In this document: in pieces, positions 41,820 through 53,205 of the stretch
Numbering within the stretch: the first letter of the stretch is position 1
How the letters are laid out: each line of letters begins with the position of its first letter
Source: Rubrivivax sp.
GTDB taxonomy: Bacteria > Pseudomonadota > Gammaproteobacteria > Burkholderiales > Burkholderiaceae_C
DNA length: 64,000 bases
Assembly: GCA_040400915.1 (NCBI GenBank)
Contig: JBBAPI010000006.1
Coordinates: 704-64,703 of the forward strand
Direction: 5' to 3'
Notes under the pieces: model-generated
The model's input: the letters and a program-made list of their open reading frames with translations, nothing else
Told to the model about the DNA's origin: nothing
Database searches by the model: none
Position numbers and translations under genes: made by a program

Positions 41820-42613
41820 ACCCCCTGATCGCCGCCGCCGCCGAACGCCATTCGACCGATTTGACCGCCTTGTCGGTCAACGTCAACAAGGTGGCCCAGT
41901 TGCGCAACACGCGCCACCTGGGCATTCCCAGTGTCGTGCGGGCGGCCACGCTGTGCCTGCAGGCGGGGGCAGACGGCATCACCGTGCACCCGCGGCCCGA
42001 CGAGCGCCACATCCGCGCGCAGGACGTGCACGACCTCGCTGCGCTGCTGCAGGACTGGCCCCAGGCCGAATACAACATCGAAGGCAACCCCTTCCAGAAC
42101 CTGCTGGGTTTCATCCGCGCGGTGAAACCGGACCAGGCCACGTTCGTGCCCGACAGCGAAGACCAGTTCACCAGCGACCACGGCTGGGACTTGGCCGTGG
42201 ACGGCGAACGGCTGCGCCCGCTGATCCAGGAATGCCATGACCTGGGCGTGCGCGTCAGCCTGTTCATGGACCCGACGCCCGGGGCCATGGCCCTGGCGCG
42301 GGCGGTGGGCGCCGACCGCGTCGAGCTCTACACCGAGCCCTATGCCGCGGCCTATGGCCGCGCAGGGCAGGGCGCCCAGCTCGACCGCTTCGCGGCTGCC
42401 GCCATGGCTGCGCAAGCCCAAGGACTGGGCGTCAACGCTGGCCACGATCTGAACCGCGACAACCTGGCGGCTTTCCTGGGCGCGTTGCCCGGCGTGCTCG
42501 AGGTTTCCATCGGCCATGCGCTGATCGCTGACGCGCTGGAGCTGGGTCTGCCCGAGACCGTGCGCGCCTACCTGCGCGCCATCCGCCTGGGCCACGGCAA
42601 ACCGTCGGCATGA
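41816..42613 (+). CDS. pdxJ: Pyridoxine 5'-phosphate synthase
   Basis: [30 protein letters not shown] and EVSIGHA. Confidence 0.96.
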   Translation: MNPLIAAAAERHSTDLTALSVNVNKVAQLRNTRHLGIPSVVRAATLCLQAGADGITVHPRPDERHIRAQDVHDLAALLQDWPQAEYNIEGNPFQNLLGFIRAVKPDQATFVPDSEDQFTSDHGWDLAVDGERLRPLIQECHDLGVRVSLFMDPTPGAMALARAVGADRVELYTEPYAAAYGRAGQGAQLDRFAAAAMAAQAQGLGVNAGHDLNRDNLAAFLGALPGVLEVSIGHALIADALELGLPETVRAYLRAIRLGHGKPSA

Positions 42614-43014
42614 TCGTCGGCATCGGCACCGATGTGTGCGATATCCGCCGCATCACCGCCACGCTGCAACGGCGCGGTGAACGTTTCGCCGAACGCGTGC
42701 TGGGCCCGGCCGAGTTGCCGGTTTTCCACGCCCGCCGCGCGCGGGTCGAAGCGCGCGGTATCCGCTACCTGGCGACGCGTTTCTCGGCCAAGGAAGCCTT
42801 CTCCAAGGCCATCGGCCTGGGCATCCGCAGCCCCATGACCTGGCGCGCCTGCCAGATCGTCAACGAGCCCAGCGGCAAGCCCGTGCTGCGTCTGTCGGGC
42901 GAACTGGCGGCGTGGTTCGAAGCCCAGGGCTGGGTCGGCCACGTCACCCTCACCGACGAGAGCGACTACGCGGCCTCTTTCGTCGTCGTCGAAAAGAAAG
43001 CGGCCCTGCCATGA
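42610..43014 (+). CDS. acpS: Holo-ACP synthase
   Basis: [16 protein letters not shown] and HVTLTDE. Confidence 0.96.
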   Translation: MIVGIGTDVCDIRRITATLQRRGERFAERVLGPAELPVFHARRARVEARGIRYLATRFSAKEAFSKAIGLGIRSPMTWRACQIVNEPSGKPVLRLSGELAAWFEAQGWVGHVTLTDESDYAASFVVVEKKAALP

Positions 43015-44087
43015 CCTCCCACGCTCTCCCTGCACCCCACGCCCCGGTCGTGCTCGACATCGCCGGCACGGCGCTGACCGCCGCCGACAAGAAGCGCCTG
43101 AAGCACCCGCTGACCGGCGGCCTGATCCTCTTCGCGCGCAATTTCGAAAGCCGTTTGCAACTGACCGAGTTGACCGCTTCGATCAAGAAGCTGCGGCCCG
43201 ACCTGCTGATCGGCGTCGACCACGAAGGCGGCCGCGTCCAGCGTTTCCGCACCGACGGCTTCACCGCCTTGCCAGCCATGCGCGTGCTGGGCGAACAGTG
43301 GATGCACGACGCCATGACGGCCACCGACAGCGCCACCGCGCTGGGCACCGTGCTGGCCAGCGAACTGCGCGCCTGCGGGGTCGACCTGAGCTTCGCGCCG
43401 GTGCTCGACCTGGACCACGGCGGCAGCGCCGTGATCGGCGAACGCGCCTTCCACCGCGACCCGCGCGTGACCACGGTGCTGGCGCAAAGCGTCATCCACG
43501 GCCTGCTGCGTGCCGGTATGGCGCATTGCGGCAAGCACTTCCCCGGCCACGGCTTCGTCAAGGCCGACAGCCACGTCGCCGTGCCGGTGGACCGGCGCAG
43601 CCTGAAGGCGATATTGGCCGACGACGCGCGGCCCTACGAATGGCTCAGCGCCACGCTGACGGCGGTGATGCCCGCGCACGTCATCTACCCCAAGGTCGAC
43701 CGCCACCCGGCCGGCTTTTCCGAACGCTGGCTGAAGGACATCCTGCGCGGCCGCTTCGGCTTCACCGGCGCCATCTTCAGCGACGACCTGAGCATGGAAG
43801 GCGCGCGCCATCTGGATGGCGGTGACCTCAGCTACGCCGAGGCCGCTGCGCTGGCCTTGAATGCCGGCTGCGACCTGGTGCTGCTGTGCAACCAGTCGGT
43901 GGACGGCGGCAGCGCCGTGGACGCGCTGCTGGCCGGCCTGGAAGAGCAGGCCGCTTCAGGCCACTGGCACCCCGACCCCGACAGCGAACAACGCCGCCTG
44001 GCGCTGCTGCCGCAGACCCCGCCGCTGACCTGGGACGAGCTGATGCACGACGCGGTTTACCAGCGCGCGCTGGAACGCTTGCCCTGA
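43011..44087 (+). CDS. nagZ: Beta-N-acetylhexosaminidase (GH3)
   Basis: [28 protein letters not shown] and SDDLSM. Confidence 0.96.
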   Translation: MTSHALPAPHAPVVLDIAGTALTAADKKRLKHPLTGGLILFARNFESRLQLTELTASIKKLRPDLLIGVDHEGGRVQRFRTDGFTALPAMRVLGEQWMHDAMTATDSATALGTVLASELRACGVDLSFAPVLDLDHGGSAVIGERAFHRDPRVTTVLAQSVIHGLLRAGMAHCGKHFPGHGFVKADSHVAVPVDRRSLKAILADDARPYEWLSATLTAVMPAHVIYPKVDRHPAGFSERWLKDILRGRFGFTGAIFSDDLSMEGARHLDGGDLSYAEAAALALNAGCDLVLLCNQSVDGGSAVDALLAGLEEQAASGHWHPDPDSEQRRLALLPQTPPLTWDELMHDAVYQRALERLP

Positions 44088-44098
44088 GCGTGCCCATG

Positions 44099-44132
44099 AA
44101 AAACGCCGCCGGGCGCGAGCCACGGCGGCGTT
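44099..44132 (-). terminator. Terminator between convergent nagZ and rne (U-tract on the - strand)
   Basis: AACGCCGCCG / CGGCGGCGTT 10-bp stem preceded by an A run on +. Confidence 0.7.
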
Positions 44133-44152
44133 GAACCCGCGGCGACCTGGGT

Positions 44153-47100
44153 TCAGGCAGTCGGGGCTTGCGCGCTGTCGAAGGGCAGCTTGATCTGCGA
44201 CAAGTCCTTGCGCGTCTCGACCAGCACCAGCGGGCCCTCGTCGGCCAGCACATGGCGCTTGGGCTCGCGCGGCACGCGGATGGGCTGCGGTTCGGCGGCC
44301 ATCGCAGCCTGCACGGCGCGGATCTTCTCGGCATCCGAATTGACCCACTCCAGCCCGGCGGTCTGCGCCAGGCTGTGCAAGCTGTCCATCGGCAGTGCGT
44401 AGGGTTCGGTGCGCGCGGGTGCAGCCGCGGCGACGGCCGGCGCGACTTCGGCAGCCGGTGGCGCAACGGGCGCTGCGATCACCGCAGTCGCAACGGGCGC
44501 CGACGTCACCGCAGGCGCAGCGGGCTCGGGCCGTGGCTCGGGCTGTGGCTGTGCCGCTTCAACGGCTGCTGCTTCGACCGGCGGCAGCGTTTCGGCAGCC
44601 GGCTCGGCAGCCGCTGTGGCGCCATCGTCGAAGGTGGCCACGGCCAGCGGTGCGACGGCTGACACTTCACCCTCGCCCTGGCCCGCCTCGGCGGCGCGCG
44701 GCAGGCCTTCCTCACGGCCCTCGCGGTCGCGCCCCCGGCCGCCACGGCCGCGGCGACGGCCGCGTTCGCGTTCGCCGCCTTCGACGGTTTCCTCGCTGCC
44801 TTCGGCGGTGGTCATGGGCTGGGCTGCATCGGTGCCGCTGCCCTCGGCTTGCGCGGCTGAACCGCTTTCGCTGGCCACGCCGTCCTGGCGCGGCACGCCG
44901 GCTTCGTCGACCCGGCCTTCGCCGCGGTCACGACCGCCACGCCGACGGCGGCGGCGGCCGTCGCGTTCGCCATCGGCAGCCGGTGTTTCGGCGCCGGCTG
45001 CGGTGTCGACCAAGGCCTGCACGCCGGCTTCGGCAGTGCTGCCTTCGGCGCTCGGTGCGGCATCGCGCTCGGGGCGCGGTCCGCGCCGGCCCTCACCCCG
45101 TTCACCGCGTTCACTGCGGGGGGCACGCTCTTCACGTTCGGGCGTCGGCACGCCGTCCACGGCGGGCAGGTCCAAGCGCGGCGGGCGCGGTTCGCGCGGC
45201 TCGCGGCCTTCCGGGCGGGCCTCGTTGCGGGCTTCGGCGCTGCGCTCAGCGCCCCGTTCGCCGCGTTCGCCACCCCGGCCGCCACGGCCTTCCTTGTTGT
45301 CGCGGTCGCGGCCATTGCGCGAACCGCCGCGATCGCCACCCCGGCCACCGCGCTCACCGCGGCGGCCATCGCCGCGCTTCTCGGGCGCGGCAGCAACCGG
45401 CGTTGCGGCCGTTGCGGCCACGGCCGGCGCCGCCACGGGGGCGGGTGCCGGCGCGGCGCCACCGCCGAACAGCTTGGCGACCCAACCGAAGAAGCCGCTG
45501 CCAGCCGCCGCTGCGGGCGCCGGCGCCGGCACGGGGGCCGGACGCGGCGCCACCACGGCCACCGGTGCTGCCACCACAGGCGCGGGCGCCGGTGCCGGCG
45601 GGGCCGGCATGTCGGGCAGCACGCCCTTGATCAGCGGTTCCTGCTTGGGCTTGGTGGCCTTCTCGCGGCGCGTGACGCTTTCCTCTTCGGTCGGCTCCTC
45701 GATCATCGTGTAGCTGGCCTGCAGGTTTTCCAGACGCGGGTCGTCGTGGCGCAGGCGTTCGAGCTTGTAGTTCGGCGTCTCGATGTGGCGGTTGGGCACC
45801 AGCAGCACGGTCACGCGCTGCTTCATCTCGATCTTGGTGATCTCGGTGCGCTTCTCGTTGAGCAGGAAGCTGGTCACTTCGACCGGCACCTGCACGTGGA
45901 CGGCGGCGGTGTTCTCCTTCAGCGCTTCTTCCTGGATGATGCGCAGGATCTGCAGCGCCGACGATTCGGTGTCGCGGATGTGGCCGGTGCCGTTGCAGCG
46001 CGGGCAGGTGATGTGGTTGCCCTCGCTCAGCGCCGGGCGCAGGCGCTGGCGGCTCAGTTCGAGCAGGCCGAACTTGCTGATCGACGAGAACTGCACGCGG
46101 GCACGGTCCGAGCGCAGCGCGTCGCGCAGCCGGGTCTCGACCTCGCGGCGGTTCTTGCTCTCTTCCATGTCGATGAAGTCGACGACGATCAGCCCGCCCA
46201 GGTCGCGCAGGCGCATCTGGCGCGCCACTTCGTCGGCGGCTTCCAGGTTGGTGCGGGTGGCGGTTTCCTCGATGTCGCTGCCGCGCGTGCTGCGCGCCGA
46301 GTTGACGTCGACGCTGACCAGCGCTTCGGTGTGGTCGATGACGATGGCGCCGCCCGAAGGCAGGTTCACCGTTCGGCTGAAGGCTGTTTCGATCTGGTGT
46401 TCGATCTGGAAGCGGCTGAACAGCGCCGCGTCGTCGCGGTAGCGCTTCACGCGATTGGCCGTTTCCGGCATCACGTGGTTCATGAACTGCTGGGCCTGAT
46501 CGAAGATGTCGTCGGTGTCGATCAGGATCTCGCCGATGTCCGCCGTGAAGTAGTCGCGGATGGCGCGGATGACCAGGCTGCTTTCCTGGTAGATCAGGTA
46601 GGCACCCTTGCCGCCCTTGGACGCGCCGTCGATGGCGGTCCACAGCTTGAGCATGTAGTTCAGGTCCCACTGCAGCTCTTCGGCGCTGCGGCCGATGCCG
46701 GCGGTGCGCGCGATCAGCGACATGCCCTTGGGGTAGTCGAGCTGGTCGAGGTTTTCCTTCAGCTCTTCGCGCTGCTCGCCCTCGATGCGGCGGCTGACGC
46801 CACCGCCGCGCGGGTTGTTGGGCATCAGCACCAGGTAACGGCCGGCCAGGCTGACGAAGGTGGTCAGCGCCGCGCCCTTGTTGCCGCGCTCTTCCTTGTC
46901 GACCTGCACCAGCAGGCTGTCGCCTTCCTTGACGGCGTCCTGGATGCGCGCGTCGCGGGCGGTCACGCCTTCGCGGAAGTAGTTCTTGCTGATTTCCTTG
47001 AACGGCAGGAAGCCGTGGCGGTCTTCGCCGTAGTCGACGAAACAGGCTTCCAGCGACGGTTCGACCCGGGTGATGACGGCCTTGTAGATGTTGCCCTTGC

Positions 47101-47209
47101 GCTGTTCGCGCCCTTCGATTTCGGTTTCGAAGTCGAGCAGTTTCTGGCCATCGACGATCGCCAGCCGCCGCTCTTCAGGCTGCGTGGCGTTGATCAACAT
47201 GCGTTTCAT
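44153..47209 (-). CDS. rne: Ribonuclease E
   Basis: [20 protein letters not shown]1 domain, DFIDM and CPRC Zn-link; amphipathic [10 protein letters not shown] segment; long disordered C-terminal scaffold. Confidence 0.98.
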   Translation of the reverse strand: MKRMLINATQPEERRLAIVDGQKLLDFETEIEGREQRKGNIYKAVITRVEPSLEACFVDYGEDRHGFLPFKEISKNYFREGVTARDARIQDAVKEGDSLLVQVDKEERGNKGAALTTFVSLAGRYLVLMPNNPRGGGVSRRIEGEQREELKENLDQLDYPKGMSLIARTAGIGRSAEELQWDLNYMLKLWTAIDGASKGGKGAYLIYQESSLVIRAIRDYFTADIGEILIDTDDIFDQAQQFMNHVMPETANRVKRYRDDAALFSRFQIEHQIETAFSRTVNLPSGGAIVIDHTEALVSVDVNSARSTRGSDIEETATRTNLEAADEVARQMRLRDLGGLIVVDFIDMEESKNRREVETRLRDALRSDRARVQFSSISKFGLLELSRQRLRPALSEGNHITCPRCNGTGHIRDTESSALQILRIIQEEALKENTAAVHVQVPVEVTSFLLNEKRTEITKIEMKQRVTVLLVPNRHIETPNYKLERLRHDDPRLENLQASYTMIEEPTEEESVTRREKATKPKQEPLIKGVLPDMPAPPAPAPAPVVAAPVAVVAPRPAPVPAPAPAAAAGSGFFGWVAKLFGGGAAPAPAPVAAPAVAATAATPVAAAPEKRGDGRRGERGGRGGDRGGSRNGRDRDNKEGRGGRGGERGERGAERSAEARNEARPEGREPREPRPPRLDLPAVDGVPTPEREERAPRSERGERGEGRRGPRPERDAAPSAEGSTAEAGVQALVDTAAGAETPAADGERDGRRRRRRGGRDRGEGRVDEAGVPRQDGVASESGSAAQAEGSGTDAAQPMTTAEGSEETVEGGERERGRRRGRGGRGRDREGREEGLPRAAEAGQGEGEVSAVAPLAVATFDDGATAAAEPAAETLPPVEAAAVEAAQPQPEPRPEPAAPAVTSAPVATAVIAAPVAPPAAEVAPAVAAAAPARTEPYALPMDSLHSLAQTAGLEWVNSDAEKIRAVQAAMAAEPQPIRVPREPKRHVLADEGPLVLVETRKDLSQIKLPFDSAQAPTA

Positions 47210-47830
47210 GTGCGCTCCCGCGGGCCCTGTGGACCCGCTCTATCCATGGTCGGCAACCCGCTCAGGCGGGCTGCCCTTCTTCACACAGATGCACGAAAAA
47301 CGCTGTCGAACCGAAGTCGCGAGTGCCCTGGACTGCGATCACGCCGCCTTGTGGCGGTCAGTGGCGCAGCGTTGGCGCGTGCGTGTCGGCGGGTGCTGCG
47401 GCAGGGTGGGTCGCTGTCTGCCAGGGCCGCTGCGGATCGCGCAGTGGCTGCCCCAGGCCTGCGGCAACCCGGGTGTCGGCAGGACGCCGAGACCGGGTGG
47501 GGCAGAGACTGGGAGTGGCTGGAGACGGGAACGACATGGACTGCTGCTGGCGCGCCGGACGCTGGATGCAAGACGGCGGCGGACCGGGTCTTGCACCATG
47601 GGATTCACGGTGGCCTCGCTGGCTATCTCTGTAGCAGCGAGGGTGGGGTTCTTTGCGTTCTTCTGCCGCCTGCCGTTGCACTCTGCCGGGTCACTGGGGG
47701 TCCCCGGCCCGATTGCATCATCAGGCGTTGCATCACCTCTTTGCTTGCACGATGGTCGTGCAATGCTGCCCACGCCAGCGCCGGAACAGCCCGGGTAAAC
47801 TTCGGTAAATCAAGCACTTACGGCCCGAAC

Positions 47831-48805
47831 GTGGAGCTGAAGAGTATAGAGGGGAAAGTCGCGCTACCTGATCATCACGCCCAGCCTGCCGTACGCCATC
47901 TGACGGTGGATGCCGATTCGGCCGGCCAGCGCCTGGACAACTACCTGATGCGCATGCTCAAGGGCGTGCCCAAGACCCACGTCTACCGCGTCATCCGCTC
48001 GGGCGAGGTGCGCATCAACAAGGGCCGCGTCCATGCCGATACCCGTGTGGCCGAGGGCGACGACGTGCGCCTGCCGCCGGTGCGGGTGGCTGAAAAGCCG
48101 GCCGGCCCGCTGGCCCCGGCGCGTGAATTCCCGATCCTGCTGGAAGACGAGCACCTGCTGGCCATCGTCAAGCCGGCCGGCGTGGCGGTGCATGGCGGCA
48201 GCGGCGTCAGCTCCGGCGTCATCGAACAACTGCGCCGCTCAAGGCCGACGGCCAAGTTCCTGGAACTGGTGCACCGGCTGGACAAGGAAACCTCGGGCAT
48301 CCTGCTGCTGGCCAAGAAGCGCAGCGCGCTGACCCATCTGCAAGACCAGTTCCGCAGCCGCGACACCGGCAAGATCTACGCCGCCGCCGTGCTGGGCAAC
48401 TGGCCCGAGAACCTGAAGGTCATCGACCTGGCGCTGCACAAGGGCCTGGACGCTGCCGGCGAGCGCCATGTGCGCGTCGTGCCGGCCGACCATGCAGACG
48501 GCCGCCGTTCGATCACGCTGGTCAAGGTGCTGCAGCGCCGGCCCGACTTCACGCTGCTGGATGTGACCATCAAGACCGGTCGCACGCACCAGATCCGCGT
48601 GCACCTGGCGCACAGCGGACACCCCATCGTCGGCGACCCCAAGTACGGCGATTTCGCGCGCAACAGGCTGTTTGCCAAGCAGCACCGTTTCGAGCGCATG
48701 TTCCTGCACGCCCGGCAACTGGCTTTCGACCACCCCGCCACGGGCGAGCGCATCACCCTGCAAGCGCCGCTCCCGGGCGAGTGCGAGACACTGCTGAAGC
48801 CATGA
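47831..48805 (+). CDS. rluC: 23S rRNA pseudouridine synthase RluC
   Basis: S4 domain QRLDNYL...IRSGEVR, AVHGGSG, HRLDKETSG and GRTHQIRVH. GTG start at 47831 is inferred. Confidence 0.93.
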   Translation: MELKSIEGKVALPDHHAQPAVRHLTVDADSAGQRLDNYLMRMLKGVPKTHVYRVIRSGEVRINKGRVHADTRVAEGDDVRLPPVRVAEKPAGPLAPAREFPILLEDEHLLAIVKPAGVAVHGGSGVSSGVIEQLRRSRPTAKFLELVHRLDKETSGILLLAKKRSALTHLQDQFRSRDTGKIYAAAVLGNWPENLKVIDLALHKGLDAAGERHVRVVPADHADGRRSITLVKVLQRRPDFTLLDVTIKTGRTHQIRVHLAHSGHPIVGDPKYGDFARNRLFAKQHRFERMFLHARQLAFDHPATGERITLQAPLPGECETLLKP

Positions 48806-49461
48806 AAAAACGCCAATTCGACCTGATCGTCTTCGACTGGGACGGCACGCTGTTCGACAGCACGATGCTGATCGTGCGTTGCATACAGGCCGCCTGCCGC
48901 GATATCGCCGTCACCGTGCCCAGCGACGAAGCGGCCGCCTACGTCATCGGCCTGGGTCTGCATGACGCATTGCAGCACGCGGTGCCCGGCCTGCCGCCGG
49001 CCCGCTATCCCGAACTGGGCGCCCGCTACCGCCACCACTACATCGCCAAGCAGGACGAACTGGTCCTGTTCCCGGGCACGCTGGAGATGCTGCAGGCGCT
49101 GAAAGACCGCCAGCACTGGCTGGCCGTGGCCACTGGCAAGAACCGCAAGGGGCTGGACGACGCGCTGGCCCATTCGCAGCTGGGCGCGCTGTTCGACGCC
49201 ACGCGAACGGCCGACGAAACAGCCAGCAAGCCGCACCCGCTGATGCTGCAGCAGCTGATGGCCGAATTCGGCGTCCGGCCCGAACGCACGCTGATGATCG
49301 GCGACACCACGCACGACCTGCAGCTGGCCGCCAATGCCGGCACGCCGCGGGTGGCGGTCAGCTATGGTGCGCACGACAGCGCGGCCTTCGACGCGCACGG
49401 GCCGCTGCACATCGCGCACAGCACGGCCGACCTGCACGCCTGGCTGCTGGACCACGCTTGA
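48802..49461 (+). CDS. HAD-family phosphatase
   Basis: FDWDGTLFDS, ATGK, SKPHP and MIGDTTHD. Confidence 0.92.
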   Translation: MKKRQFDLIVFDWDGTLFDSTMLIVRCIQAACRDIAVTVPSDEAAAYVIGLGLHDALQHAVPGLPPARYPELGARYRHHYIAKQDELVLFPGTLEMLQALKDRQHWLAVATGKNRKGLDDALAHSQLGALFDATRTADETASKPHPLMLQQLMAEFGVRPERTLMIGDTTHDLQLAANAGTPRVAVSYGAHDSAAFDAHGPLHIAHSTADLHAWLLDHA

Positions 49462-49868
49462 GTTCCAGCGCTTCCAGCCCGGCGGCCGCCGACCCGGGCC
49501 TGCCCCTGTGCGATGTCCGGGCGCTCGAAGAGCGCGGCAAGGCATGGGGCTGGAACGTGCTGGAGTACGGCCGCCCGGTGCGTGCATTCGCCTTGCGTTT
49601 CGACGGCGTGGTGCGCGCCTACCTGAACCGCTGTGCCCATGTGCCGGTCGAGATGGACTGGCAGCCGGGTGAGTTCCTCGACAGCGAGCAGCGCGTCATC
49701 CTGTGTTCCATCCACGGCGCCGCCTACGAGCCTGCGGGGGGGCGCTGCGTCGGCGGCCCCTGCGGCCGCAACCGCCTCATCGCCCTGCGCACCGAAGAAC
49801 GCGCCGGGATGGTGTATTGGTATCCTTCTCCTGACATTCGGCCGGTGGCCTTCGATCCACCCGCCTGA
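49458..49868 (+). CDS. Rieske [2Fe-2S] protein
   Basis: NRCAH...CSIHG motif; TTG start overlaps the HAD stop. Confidence 0.88.
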   Translation: MSSSASSPAAADPGLPLCDVRALEERGKAWGWNVLEYGRPVRAFALRFDGVVRAYLNRCAHVPVEMDWQPGEFLDSEQRVILCSIHGAAYEPAGGRCVGGPCGRNRLIALRTEERAGMVYWYPSPDIRPVAFDPPA

Positions 49869-49880
49869 AGAAAGCCCGCG

Positions 49881-50924
49881 ATGAGCACCCCCGATCCGAC
49901 CCCGGCGTCCGCGCCTGTGGCCTCCCCTTTCGAAGCGCCAGCGCCGTACCCTGCGGCCGCTGAACGCGCCCCTGCGGCGGACAGCGCGCCGACGCCGGGC
50001 CGCCCCGGGCTGGAAGCCGCGCTGGAACGCGTGGCCGCCGAATTGCTGCACCAGCGCCAGAGCGAACGCCGCTGGCGCAACTTCTTTCGCCTGGCCTGGC
50101 TGGGTCTCGCCCTCACGGTGCTGGGGCTGGTCCTGGCGCGCAGCTACTCGCCCAGCGCGCCGCATTCGCCGCACACGGCCCTGGTGGAGGTGCACGGCGA
50201 GATCGGCGCCGACACCGAAGCCAGTGCCGAAGCCCTGGTCGGCGCCTTGAAGAACGCCTTCGAGGACGCCGGCGCGCAGGCCGTCGTGCTGCGCATCAAT
50301 TCGCCCGGCGGCAGCCCGGTGCAAAGCGGCATCGTCAATGACGAGATCCGGCGACTGAAAGCCAAGCATCACAAGAAGGTCTATGCCGTGGTCGAGGAAA
50401 TGTGCGCCTCGGGGGCCTACTACATCGCCGTGGCCGCCGACGAGATCTATGTCGACAAGGCCAGCATCGTCGGCAGCATCGGCGTGGTCATGGACGGCTT
50501 CGGCTTCACCGGCCTGATGGACAAGCTGGGTGTCGAACGCCGGCTCTACACAGCCGGCGACAACAAGGCCATGCTGGACCCCTTCAGCCCGGTCAAGGAA
50601 CGGCATCTGCGGCTGAATCAGGCGCTGCTCGACCAGGTCCACCGCCAGTTCATCGCCGTGGTGAAAGAAGGCCGCGGCGCACGGCTGAAGGAAACCCCGG
50701 ACACCTTTTCCGGTCTGTTCTGGAACGGTGAGGAAGCCATCAAACAGGGCCTGGCCGACAAGCTGGGCAACCTGGATTACGTGGCCCGCGAGGTCATCAA
50801 GGCCGAAGACATCATCGACTACACGCCGCGCGAGAACGTGGCCGAGCGGCTGGCCAAGCGCTTCGGCGCCAGCGTCGGCGCCGGCGCCGTGAAGGCGCTG
50901 CACGCGATGGCGCCGCTGCGGTGA
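49881..50924 (+). CDS. S49 family peptidase (SppA-like)
   Basis: INSPGGSPVQS, CASGAYY and GSIGV. Confidence 0.93.
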   Translation: MSTPDPTPASAPVASPFEAPAPYPAAAERAPAADSAPTPGRPGLEAALERVAAELLHQRQSERRWRNFFRLAWLGLALTVLGLVLARSYSPSAPHSPHTALVEVHGEIGADTEASAEALVGALKNAFEDAGAQAVVLRINSPGGSPVQSGIVNDEIRRLKAKHHKKVYAVVEEMCASGAYYIAVAADEIYVDKASIVGSIGVVMDGFGFTGLMDKLGVERRLYTAGDNKAMLDPFSPVKERHLRLNQALLDQVHRQFIAVVKEGRGARLKETPDTFSGLFWNGEEAIKQGLADKLGNLDYVAREVIKAEDIIDYTPRENVAERLAKRFGASVGAGAVKALHAMAPLR

Positions 50925-51790
50925 GCGGCCCGGTGGCCGTGCCCCTGGGCGAACGCGTGGCGGTGGCGGCACAGCACCTGCTGCCCCAGCAGGCCTTGAC
51001 GCAGTTCGCGGGTCTTGTGGCGGGGTGGCAAGGCGGTGCGGCCACCACCGCGATCATCCGCTGGTTCGTGGCCCGCTACGGCGTGAACATGGCCGAGGCC
51101 GCCCAGCCCGACCCCGCCCGTTACGCCAGCTTCAACGACTTCTTCACCCGCGCCCTGAAGCCCGATGCCCGGCCTCAGGCGCAGGCCGATCTGGTCTGCC
51201 CGGTGGACGGCGCGATCAGCCAGTTCGGCGCCATTGCAGGCGACCAGATCTTCCAGGCCAAGGGCCATGCCTACAGCACGACGGCGCTGCTGGGCGGCGA
51301 CGGCGCACTGGCCGCGCATTTCCATGGCGGCCATTTCGCCACGCTCTACCTCAGCCCCAAGGACTACCACCGCATCCACATGCCCTGCGCGGGTCGGCTG
51401 CTGCGCATGATCTACGTGCCGGGCGCCTTGTTCTCGGTGAACCCGGCCACCGCGCGCGGCGTGCCCGGTCTGTTCGCGCGCAACGAGCGCGTGGTCTGCG
51501 TGTTCGACGGCGAACACGGGCCGTGGGTCAACGTGCTGGTCGGTGCCACCATCGTCGGCAGCATGGCCACGGTGTGGCACGGCGTGGTCAATCCGCCGCG
51601 TCCGGGCGGGCTGCGCGAGTGGGCCTACGAGGCGGGTCAGGTCGATCTGCCGCAAGGCGCCGAGATGGGCCGCTTCCTGCTGGGCTCGACGGTGGTGATG
51701 CTGTTTCCGCGCGGACCGCTGCGCTTCAACCCGGCGTGGACGCCGGGGCGGGCGATCCGGCTCGGCGAGGCCATGGCGCAGCGCGCCTGA
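50921..51790 (+). CDS. psd: Phosphatidylserine decarboxylase proenzyme
   Basis: FNDFFTR, PVDG, YLSPKDYHRIH, RNER and the LGST autocleavage motif. Confidence 0.95.
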   Translation: MSGPVAVPLGERVAVAAQHLLPQQALTQFAGLVAGWQGGAATTAIIRWFVARYGVNMAEAAQPDPARYASFNDFFTRALKPDARPQAQADLVCPVDGAISQFGAIAGDQIFQAKGHAYSTTALLGGDGALAAHFHGGHFATLYLSPKDYHRIHMPCAGRLLRMIYVPGALFSVNPATARGVPGLFARNERVVCVFDGEHGPWVNVLVGATIVGSMATVWHGVVNPPRPGGLREWAYEAGQVDLPQGAEMGRFLLGSTVVMLFPRGPLRFNPAWTPGRAIRLGEAMAQRA

Positions 51791-51806
51791 AGCCACCCCC
51801 GGGCCT

Positions 51807-52400
51807 TCAACCGAACAGACCCGGCGCGTGCACCGGGTCGTCGACCTCGCTGTAGAAGCAGGACGGGCAGACCGCGCGGTAGCGCTCGTTGCCGCCGATG
51901 ACGACCTGCTCGCCCTGCTGCACGCGCCGGCCCTGGTCGTCGACCCGCAGGTTCATGCTGGCCTTGCGCGCGCAGGCGCAGATGGTCTTCATCTCTTCCA
52001 GGTCGTCGGCCAGCGTCAGCAGGGCCGCCGCACCGGGAAAGGCGTCGCCGCGGAAGTCGCTGCGCAGCCCGTAGCACAGCACGGGCCGGTGGGCGGCGTG
52101 GGCCAGGCGGTGCAGCTGCCGCACCTGCCCGGGCGTCAGGAACTGGGCTTCGTCGATCAGCACGCAGGCGTAACCCGTGCCCAGCCAGTCGGCGTCGAAG
52201 ACCGTCTGCGGGCCGAAGGTCTCGACCGGCCGCTGCAGGCCCAGGCGCGAGCCGATGATGCCGGGGCCGGCGCGGTCATCGTGCGCGGCGGTGAACAGGC
52301 GCACCTGCATGCCCCGTTCTTCGTAGTTGTGCGCCGCCTGCAGCAAGGCGGTGGACTTGCCGGCGTTCATCGCGGCGTAGCGGAAATACAGTTTGCTCAC
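51807..52400 (-). CDS. tdk: Thymidine kinase
   Basis: AAMNAGKST P-loop, LIDEAQFL, YGLRSDF and Zn ligands CAC...CPSC; GTG start 52400. Confidence 0.93.
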   Translation of the reverse strand: MSKLYFRYAAMNAGKSTALLQAAHNYEERGMQVRLFTAAHDDRAGPGIIGSRLGLQRPVETFGPQTVFDADWLGTGYACVLIDEAQFLTPGQVRQLHRLAHAAHRPVLCYGLRSDFRGDAFPGAAALLTLADDLEEMKTICACARKASMNLRVDDQGRRVQQGEQVVIGGNERYRAVCPSCFYSEVDDPVHAPGLFG

Positions 52401-52407
52401 GGCGGGC

Positions 52408-52435
52408 ACTCTACCCGCCAGCGCGGCCGGTCCAA
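52408..52435 (-). promoter_or_regulatory. Candidate sigma70 promoter of tdk (probably leaderless mRNA)
   Basis: TTGGAC-N16-TAGAGT on -, with GTG 8 nt downstream. The -35 lies within the palindrome GTCCAA-GCCGG-TTGGAC (52430-52446). Confidence 0.4.
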
Positions 52436-52482
52436 GCCGGTTGGACGCGCCGCTTGCGGGCCACGGCAAGCCGCCGGCGGCC

Positions 52483-53151
52483 TCAGGCCGTCAGCAGCCC
52501 CCGCTGCTCGATGAAGCGGATCACGGCGTCCAGGCCTTCGCGCGTGCGCAGGTTGGTCATCACGTAGGGCCGCTTGGCCTTGTCCCCGGCGTGGTCGGGC
52601 CGCATCCGCCGGGTGTCGGCTTCCATCACCTCCAGGCTGGCGCCCACATGGGGCGCGAGGTCGATCTTGTTGATCACCAGCAGGTCGCTCTTGGTGATGC
52701 CCGGGCCGCCCTTGCGCGGAATCTTCTCGCCGCCGGCCACGTCGATGACATACAGCGTCAGGTCGCTGAGTTCCGGGCTGAAGGTGGCCGCCAGGTTGTC
52801 GCCGCCGCTCTCGATGAAGACGATGTCGGCGTTGGGGAACTTCTCCAGCATCCGGTCCACCGCCTCGAGGTTGATCGAGGCGTCTTCGCGGATGGCGGTG
52901 TGCGGGCAGCCGCCCGTCTCGACGCCGACGATGCGCTCGGCGTCGAGCGCACCGGCCACGGTCAGCAGGCGCTGGTCTTCCTTGGTGTAGATGTCGTTGG
53001 TGACGACGACCAGGTCCCAGCGGTCGCGCAAGGTCTTGCAGAGCATCTCGACCAGGGTGGTCTTGCCCGAACCCACCGGGCCGCCCACGCCGACGCGCAG
53101 CGGGGGCAGTTTCTTGGTGCGGCCGACGATGTGGTGGAGGGGGCTGTTCAC
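52483..53151 (-). CDS. ureG: Urease accessory GTPase UreG
   Basis: [27 protein letters not shown] and NKID. Confidence 0.97.
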   Translation of the reverse strand: MNSPLHHIVGRTKKLPPLRVGVGGPVGSGKTTLVEMLCKTLRDRWDLVVVTNDIYTKEDQRLLTVAGALDAERIVGVETGGCPHTAIREDASINLEAVDRMLEKFPNADIVFIESGGDNLAATFSPELSDLTLYVIDVAGGEKIPRKGGPGITKSDLLVINKIDLAPHVGASLEVMEADTRRMRPDHAGDKAKRPYVMTNLRTREGLDAVIRFIEQRGLLTA

Positions 53152-53205
53152 ACCGGGGATGATGCACGAAGCGTGCTCAGCCCCGGCTACAGCCCTGCAA
53201 GGCGG

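Noticed and set aside
44400-45620. Low-complexity repeats (RGER, APAP, EPRE)
   Set aside because: They encode the normal disordered C-terminal scaffold of RNase E; not a DNA repeat family.
45746-47830. 695-codon in-frame extension upstream of rluC (1019-aa ORF)
   Set aside because: Antisense to rne and then crosses the rne leader. RluC homology starts only near 47831. The absence of stops in the gap is mildly unusual but unsupported by any motif.
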